DNA of 12,464 nucleotides from Simkaniaceae bacterium (GTDB taxonomy: Bacteria > Chlamydiota > Chlamydiia > Chlamydiales > JAJFMI01): NCBI GenBank assembly GCA_040880145.1, contig JBBDIZ010000032.1, positions 1 through 12,464 of the forward strand, read 5' to 3'. The translations under genes and the position numbers were made by a program. This document shows, in pieces, positions 7,004 to 12,464 of this stretch (its first letter is position 1; each line of letters starts with the position of its first letter). The notes under the pieces are model-generated. The model was given only the letters and a program-made list of their open reading frames with translations, made no database searches and was not told the DNA's origin.

Positions 7004-9356
7004 CTAGACCACTTTTAAATAATAGATCCCAGCTTCTTTTAAACACACGCTCTTTTTCGCATCGCTGAGCATCGCAAAGACGTTCTAAGTACTCAGGGAT
7101 ATCTCCCGCCCGTTTTGAGAGTTGATCTCTTCGAATCCTTTCTATGTCACAGCGATTGTCCATAATTACTCGAGGTGTAATAAAAATAAACATTTCTGTT
7201 GTTTGCTCCGTCATCCTTGTTGAAGAGAAAAGCTTTGCAATCCCTGGAATTTCCCCTAAAAAGGGAATTTTTTCCGACTTCTCTTCAGACTGCTTCTGAC
7301 GAAGTCCTCCTAAAATCACGGTTTCCCCATCTGCAACCCGTACTAAATTCTCAATCGAGCGTCTTGTTACATCCGGCCGATCGTTTAAGTCTGAGGTGAT
7401 ATTATCGAAAAGAACATTTGTTTGAAGCGTTACATACCAATCATCCTCTTTATCATCAGGGTCGGGTTCATGAATTGTTGGGGTTACAACGATCGTGATA
7501 CCAAATTGCGCTCGAGAAAAAGAGTTTTCGAATGTAATTCCTGTCTGAGTCTCTAAAGGGGCTGCCCCATTATTGATAGAGAGCTCTTCAACCACTCGAA
7601 TCGTAGCAGGCGTTTGATTCACAGTCGTAACAGAAGGGGAAGCATTGACCCTGACATCATCTTGAGTCATCAAAAAACTGTAGGCGAGATCAAAAGCGGG
7701 AAATGAAGCGCTTTTCTTTCTAGATAAAATCAGCTCTAAAAGACCTGGGATCACAGCACTTTTCGTGGAATCGTAGCAAACAGAGCCTTTATGAGTTTGA
7801 CTCGCGCAAGAGCCAATTTTTAAAATATTCAGCCCAGCATTATCTTGGCTTTTTACCTTCTTCTCGAACAGAAGCACCTCAATTTCAACCATTTTTTTGG
7901 GAACATCGAGCTTTTTGAGAAGCTCTTTGATTTTTAAAAGCGTGTCTCTTCTTACAACCATCATAATCGATCCAGTCTCGCCGTAAGGGACGAAGTTTTT
8001 AGTCGTCGACTTAGGGGTCTGCTCTTTTATCGAACCCGCTCTTACAGGAGGCGGCTGAATCATCGGAGGGCAAGAAGGCGGTCCATAAGTTGGGAGCTCC
8101 TGGGGCATATTAGGATACTGAGGCACATTACAGGGGCGGTCATCGTTTGCCTCCTCATTTTTACCGCTTTCATTTCTCTGAAGGTCTCCCCCTTCTAAAG
8201 GAGCGTGAACAAGTGAAGAATAAACCCGCTCTAAAACATCGGAAAGCTTAAAAGGGTCGCTATGACGGCAATTATACCAAAAAACCGTCATCTCTGAAGG
8301 ATCGTCGATCTGCTGCTCTGTCGATTGAACAACCATACAGGCGCGCTCTAAAGTTTCGCTCATGCCAATCAAAACAAGCGCATTTTCCTTTACTAAAGGA
8401 AGGATTTCAAGCCCCTCGCCGGAACCTTTTGCCAAAGCCAGACGACTTCGATCGGGGCCTCCGCCAAAAAAAGAATTTAATATTTTTTGCATCTCAAGAG
8501 GCGTTGTCTTTTTAAGGGTGATGACCTTTGTTTGCTTTTCATGTTCCCCATCGAAAACCGCTTCGTGAAGAGCGATCAACTTTTCTACCTCTTCTTTTTC
8601 ACCCACAATCGCAACCTTTTGAGATACTTGGTAAATAAAAGTCGTCTTTGGGTCCCGAAAACGTTCAAAGAAGGAAGCAACCCCCTTTACATGTTCGGGC
8701 TTTGGAGTGAAAAGATAGATGATCCTCTCGTGATCACGAACACGCTTAAGCTGCTCCGGTTCATTGAGAATCATAGAAACTGCGATTAAGCTCTGTCTCA
8801 AAATATAGAGCTGTCTTGTATAGGCATTCACTTCTTTGACCCCAATGCCATTATGAGAAAGAACAATCCGAAGCAAATCACTCCAGGAATCTCTTGGTAC
8901 AGGGATTTGCGAATGAAGCGTCAGCTTCATCGACATCATTTCAGGAGGAATGACGTAGAGAAAGTCGTTTGAGCCATATTCCATGATAAGCTGAGAAAGA
9001 GTCGTCTCTTCCTGATCCCAAAACCCATAGCCTTCGTCGCCTCGGCGGCTCTCTTGAAGAGCCTTTGCATGCCAGTAGCTTTCTTTTTCCTTAAGTAGAG
9101 CGCGGAGCTGATTGACGCGGCTTAAGAGGGATTTAAATTTTTCCTCTTGAGCCCCTTCTTCATGGAGCATCTTCACTTCATCCGTGCATTCGATTAATTC
9201 TCGTTTAATTTTTCCCATTTCCTGGTTGAGAAGCGCAAAATTCCCCTCTGATAGATCTTGCTCGCTCTCTAAAGCCAAACGGTTCCGCTTCTCTGAAATG
9301 GTTTCAGAGAAAAGAAGAGAAAAACAAAAAAAGGATAAAAAAAAGGCTCTAATCAT
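6978..9356 (-). CDS. gspD: Type II secretion outer-membrane secretin GspD, chlamydial type
   Basis: It has a signal peptide, N-domain repeats, and secretin motifs LDVPKKMVEIEV, VADGETVILGGL, KIPFLGEIPGIAKLFS and EMFIFITPRVI. It overlaps gspE by 26 bp. Confidence 0.95.
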   Translation of the reverse strand: MIRAFFLSFFCFSLLFSETISEKRNRLALESEQDLSEGNFALLNQEMGKIKRELIECTDEVKMLHEEGAQEEKFKSLLSRVNQLRALLKEKESYWHAKALQESRRGDEGYGFWDQEETTLSQLIMEYGSNDFLYVIPPEMMSMKLTLHSQIPVPRDSWSDLLRIVLSHNGIGVKEVNAYTRQLYILRQSLIAVSMILNEPEQLKRVRDHERIIYLFTPKPEHVKGVASFFERFRDPKTTFIYQVSQKVAIVGEKEEVEKLIALHEAVFDGEHEKQTKVITLKKTTPLEMQKILNSFFGGGPDRSRLALAKGSGEGLEILPLVKENALVLIGMSETLERACMVVQSTEQQIDDPSEMTVFWYNCRHSDPFKLSDVLERVYSSLVHAPLEGGDLQRNESGKNEEANDDRPCNVPQYPNMPQELPTYGPPSCPPMIQPPPVRAGSIKEQTPKSTTKNFVPYGETGSIMMVVRRDTLLKIKELLKKLDVPKKMVEIEVLLFEKKVKSQDNAGLNILKIGSCASQTHKGSVCYDSTKSAVIPGLLELILSRKKSASFPAFDLAYSFLMTQDDVRVNASPSVTTVNQTPATIRVVEELSINNGAAPLETQTGITFENSFSRAQFGITIVVTPTIHEPDPDDKEDDWYVTLQTNVLFDNITSDLNDRPDVTRRSIENLVRVADGETVILGGLRQKQSEEKSEKIPFLGEIPGIAKLFSSTRMTEQTTEMFIFITPRVIMDNRCDIERIRRDQLSKRAGDIPEYLERLCDAQRCEKERVFKRSWDLLFKSGLDDSFCNPY

Positions 9357-10675
9357 TCTGTATTCATAGGTTGTAAAGGACTATCTTCTTCGAATTCATC
9401 ATCAACAGGGGGGTAAGGCCCTGAATTTCTTTCGGCAAAATGGCGATTATTTCTCTGAGACAAATGACCTCTCTCGTTTTTTTTGGGAGCCAGGTTTAAG
9501 CAAACCTCTTGGGCTCTGGAGCGGGATTGATCAAAGAGATGCCCCTTGAAAAGGATTTGATTCCGGCTCTTTTTAAACCCATCGAAAATAAAGAGTTCGC
9601 CCTTAAGGTCAAAAGAGAGAACGCGATCGATCTCATCTAAATTTCTCAAAAGACGCCAACCATTTTCCTGTCTTAAAACCCAATCATTCTCTTTCAAAAA
9701 AAGAGAATTTTTTCCAAGAGTCAAGGAAGCGATACGAGCTGTCCTTCTTTTAATTTTCGAAAAAAGAGAGCTGAGATCCGGTCTAAAAACCCCCTCTTTC
9801 CCTTTATCAATCGTAATCCTCTTCGAAACGAGTCCCTCTTTATCCCAGAGCTCCAGCTCAATTTTTTGAGGTAAAATCGCACAAATTTTAGCACAAAACT
9901 TTTTTTCTGTCTTATTTTTTACAGAAGAAACGCTCCAACTTCCTTCATCAAACACCAGTAAATCATGAGATTTAATGTAAAGAATAGAGCCATCATCCAA
10001 ACAAAGACGCTCCAAGCCCCCCTTTTCTTTTAATGCGCCATCTCCATAAAGCTCTAAGAGACGATCCGAGTTAAGGACCGATCCATTCTCCAACAAAGAG
10101 AGGGCATTGGGGTCAAAAAATCTTTCCAGTTGTGCCGACTGACGCCCATTCTCTTGAATCTTGAGTGAAAAAGTGCTTTTTTCATCGACTAAAACGCTGC
10201 CTTCATCCTCAATAAGAAGCGAAAGTGAAAAGGAAACCCTCTCGTCATCATGAATGACTCCTTCTAAAAGAAGAGGCGTTTTTTGCTTAGAGAACAAGAG
10301 TCCCCCCTCCTCAAAATTGAGATACGTTGGCTCCTGATTATCCACTTTTTTAAAAGCGCCATTTTTCAAACCAATTAGGAAAGCCTCCTTTTCTCTGCCA
10401 ATCCCCAATAAAAAAAGATCATTCTCTAAATTTGGAACAGAAAAAGAACCCGCTTTTTCATCGATTGACAAGCAGCTAGAGCCAATGACGCTATAGTCCA
10501 CGTTTTTTTTCCTCTTCGTTCCGAGAGAAAAATAACTTGAGCCAACCTCGCTTAAAGGGGCTTTAAGAAAGAATAGAGTCAGAAAGGCCAAAAACAAAAA
10601 AACCAATAAGCTCAAGCCCTGGAAACAGACACACCGGTTTAAAAAACGAAAATAAGAAAAGCGGCCAGCTATCAA
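9353..10675 (-). CDS. Bitopic membrane protein in the gspC position (hypothetical; likely the conserved chlamydial gene upstream of gspD)
   Basis: 440-aa ORF. The TTG start has GAGGA 5 nt upstream (10681-10685). A basic N-terminus and one TM helix are followed by a large beta-rich region and an acidic tail. There is an ATGA overlap with gspD. Function is inferred from position only. Confidence 0.8.
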   Translation of the reverse strand: MIAGRFSYFRFLNRCVCFQGLSLLVFLFLAFLTLFFLKAPLSEVGSSYFSLGTKRKKNVDYSVIGSSCLSIDEKAGSFSVPNLENDLFLLGIGREKEAFLIGLKNGAFKKVDNQEPTYLNFEEGGLLFSKQKTPLLLEGVIHDDERVSFSLSLLIEDEGSVLVDEKSTFSLKIQENGRQSAQLERFFDPNALSLLENGSVLNSDRLLELYGDGALKEKGGLERLCLDDGSILYIKSHDLLVFDEGSWSVSSVKNKTEKKFCAKICAILPQKIELELWDKEGLVSKRITIDKGKEGVFRPDLSSLFSKIKRRTARIASLTLGKNSLFLKENDWVLRQENGWRLLRNLDEIDRVLSFDLKGELFIFDGFKKSRNQILFKGHLFDQSRSRAQEVCLNLAPKKNERGHLSQRNNRHFAERNSGPYPPVDDEFEEDSPLQPMNTE

Positions 10676-10701
10676 TGAATTCCTCAGAAAATAAAGGAAC
10701 T

Positions 10702-10730
10702 ATCTTAATAACTTATCTAATAAAGATCAA
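10702..10730 (-). promoter_or_regulatory. Putative sigma70/sigma66 promoter of the T2SS operon
   Basis: The minus strand reads TTGATC (10730-10725), 17 nt, TAAGAT (10707-10702), with the -10 box 26 nt upstream of the start codon. Confidence 0.6.
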
Positions 10731-10775
10731 AGGCTCTTACCGAAACATATAAAAAATGCGACTGAAATCAGCAGG

Positions 10776-10805
10776 TTGCGTTTTTTACCCACAAAAAGAT
10801 ACAAT
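10776..10805 (+). promoter_or_regulatory. Putative sigma70/sigma66 promoter of sulP
   Basis: TTGCGT (10776-10781), 18 nt, TACAAT (10800-10805), about 60 nt upstream of the ATG. Confidence 0.45.
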
Positions 10806-10864
10806 CGATGAAAATTTCGCTATTTTGAAAAAGAAAACCTAAAGACAGGAAGACCAATAAACTA

Positions 10865-12412
10865 ATGTTGCACCACATTAAAAAATTTCTAATGCCAAAT
10901 GGTGGGAAATGGAGCTTAGATATTTTTGCCGGTCTACCGGTTGCCATGGCCCTTATTCCCGAATCAATCGCATTTGCGATTGTCGCTCATCTGGATCCCT
11001 TAATCGGTCTCTATTCCGCTTTTATCATGTGCTTTGTCGCAGCTTTTTTAGGTGGATGCCCCGGCATGATTTCCGGTGCAACAGGAGCTATCGCAGTGGC
11101 TATTGTTTCTTTAGTCATTCAACATGGAGTGAACTACCTATTTGCAGCCGTTGTGGTTACAGGGCTCTTGCAAATTCTCATTGGAGTGCTTAGGCTGGGA
11201 AAATTGATTCGAATTCTACCGAAATCTGTCATGGTAGGGTTTGTCAATGGTCTGGCTATAATAATATTCATCTCCCAACTCGAGCAGTTTAAAATCCACA
11301 AAGGCGCCACACCTCACTGGCTATCCGGATCGCCTCTTTTTCTAATGATTGGCTTAGTCCTTATTGGAATGGGTATTACGCATTACCTACCCAAGCTCAC
11401 AAAGAAAGTCCCCGCTGCCCTCATCGCAATTCTTTTCGTATCCGCCATCGTCCACATCTTCAAACTCAACGTGCAACTCGTCCAAGATATGATGGGTACG
11501 GCCAATGTTTCTGCCGGCCTGCCAACCTTTGCCATGCTCAAGATCCCATTTACTCTTGAAAGTATAAAAATCATCCTTCCTTACTCTATTGTTATGTGTA
11601 TTATCGGTCTTTCAGAATCACTGATGACCCTATCCCTTATCGATGAGATGACCCACACAAGAGGGCGGGCAAATAAGGAATGTATCGCTCAGGGCACAGC
11701 AAATTTCATATGTGGATTTTTCCAAGGAATGGGGGGCTGCGCCATGCTAGGACAGAGCATGATCAACATAGGTTCCGGTGCCCGAGGCCGCTTATCAGGC
11801 TTGATTGCCGCTACAACCCTCTTTTTGTTCATTATCCTCTTGTGGCCTATCGTTCAGTTGATCCCCTTAGCAGCCCTAGCCAGCGTCATGTTTATGGTGG
11901 TGATTGAAACCTTTGAATGGGCAACCTTTAAGTTCATTCGCAAAATCCCCAAACACGATGCCTTTATCATTGTCGTTGTGACGGTTGTAACCGTTTTCAC
12001 TAACCTTGCCATTGCCGTCATCATGGGTGTTATTATCGCCGCTCTCGTCTTTGCATGGCAGACAGCTAAAAACATCTATGTTGATAAACGCGTTAATAGC
12101 AAAGGAGCTAAAGAATACATTCTTCACGGCCCGCTATTTTTCGGCTCGGTTACAAAGTTTAAGGAACTTTTTGACTTAAAAAATGACCCCAACACAGTAA
12201 TCATCGACTTCAAATACTCAAGAGTTGCCGATCACTCGGCTATTAATGCCATACAGTTTATTACCGAACATTATCTCTCTTATGGAAAAAGCCTCCATCT
12301 CCGCCACCTCAGCCAAGATTGTAAAATTCTCCTTGGGAAGGCCGGCGATATGGTTGAAACTAATATGCTTGAGGATCCCGAATACAGCGTCGCTTCAAAC
12401 AAGCTTGATTAA
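10865..12412 (+). CDS. sulP: SulP/SLC26-family anion transporter with C-terminal STAS domain
   Basis: 515 aa, multi-TM. Motifs include ALIPESIAFA, GLYSAF, PGMISGATGA, NKECIAQGTAN, GGCAMLGQS and the STAS motifs GPLFFGS and DHSAINAI. The substrate cannot be determined from sequence alone. Confidence 0.95.
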   Translation: MLHHIKKFLMPNGGKWSLDIFAGLPVAMALIPESIAFAIVAHLDPLIGLYSAFIMCFVAAFLGGCPGMISGATGAIAVAIVSLVIQHGVNYLFAAVVVTGLLQILIGVLRLGKLIRILPKSVMVGFVNGLAIIIFISQLEQFKIHKGATPHWLSGSPLFLMIGLVLIGMGITHYLPKLTKKVPAALIAILFVSAIVHIFKLNVQLVQDMMGTANVSAGLPTFAMLKIPFTLESIKIILPYSIVMCIIGLSESLMTLSLIDEMTHTRGRANKECIAQGTANFICGFFQGMGGCAMLGQSMINIGSGARGRLSGLIAATTLFLFIILLWPIVQLIPLAALASVMFMVVIETFEWATFKFIRKIPKHDAFIIVVVTVVTVFTNLAIAVIMGVIIAALVFAWQTAKNIYVDKRVNSKGAKEYILHGPLFFGSVTKFKELFDLKNDPNTVIIDFKYSRVADHSAINAIQFITEHYLSYGKSLHLRHLSQDCKILLGKAGDMVETNMLEDPEYSVASNKLD

Positions 12413-12464
12413 GTGAACTACTCGCCACTAAAGTAGCGAGCTTCCAGTTATGCAGCTAAGGCTG
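12413..12464 (-). mobile_element. Probable right end of an IS200/IS605-family element (or a derived non-autonomous element), truncated by the window edge
   Basis: The minus strand reads GGAAG-CTCGCTAC-TTTA-GTGGCGAG-TAGTTCAC. This matches the recurrent IS605/IS1341 right-end pattern: GAA guide bases, a sub-terminal hairpin with TTTA loop, and a terminal TCAC. No tnpA or tnpB is visible in the window. Confidence 0.72.

Noticed and set aside
3436..9356. Type IV pilus or competence system (pilQ/pilB/pilC)
   Set aside because: The D-E-F-G gene order, a secretin without AMIN domains, the GspG-like DxWG motif and the absence of pilT/pilMNOP favour T2SS.
12405..12409. TTGAT as an ISDra2-like TAM, implying a plus-strand left end
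   Set aside because: It lies within the sulP coding end. The hairpin wobble and the TAGTTCAC terminus fit a minus-strand right end better, although this cannot be fully excluded without flanking sequence.
342..12416. Short alternative-frame ORFs in the track (e.g. 342-527, 1025-1312, 1684-1914, 2873-3175, 4143-4391, 8487-8789, 10909-11193, 11854-12127, 12225-12416)
   Set aside because: All lie within or antisense to well-supported long CDSs and show no recognisable motifs; they are treated as shadow ORFs.
1..12464. Composite transposon carrying the T2SS between the two IS ends
   Set aside because: The two ends resemble different IS families with different transposition chemistry, so they cannot act as a matched pair.

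Overview
Most of the window is a seven-gene, tightly coupled minus-strand operon (10675->800). It encodes a reduced type II secretion system of the Chlamydiae type: a membrane-anchored protein in the gspC position, gspD, gspE, gspF and two pseudopilins. The operon ends in an 866-aa exported protein made almost entirely of about 31 MORN-variant repeats, in place of the usual further T2SS components. A SulP/STAS anion transporter is transcribed divergently. A low-GC orphan membrane protein gene converges on the operon end. Both edges carry probable insertion-sequence termini: an IS1202/ISNCY-like end (1-54) and an IS200/IS605-type right end that begins exactly after the sulP stop codon (12413 onward). 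The source is inferred to be an environmental chlamydia from the gene order and the GspD architecture; no database searches were run. The best candidate for something new is the T2SS-coupled giant MORN-repeat protein.
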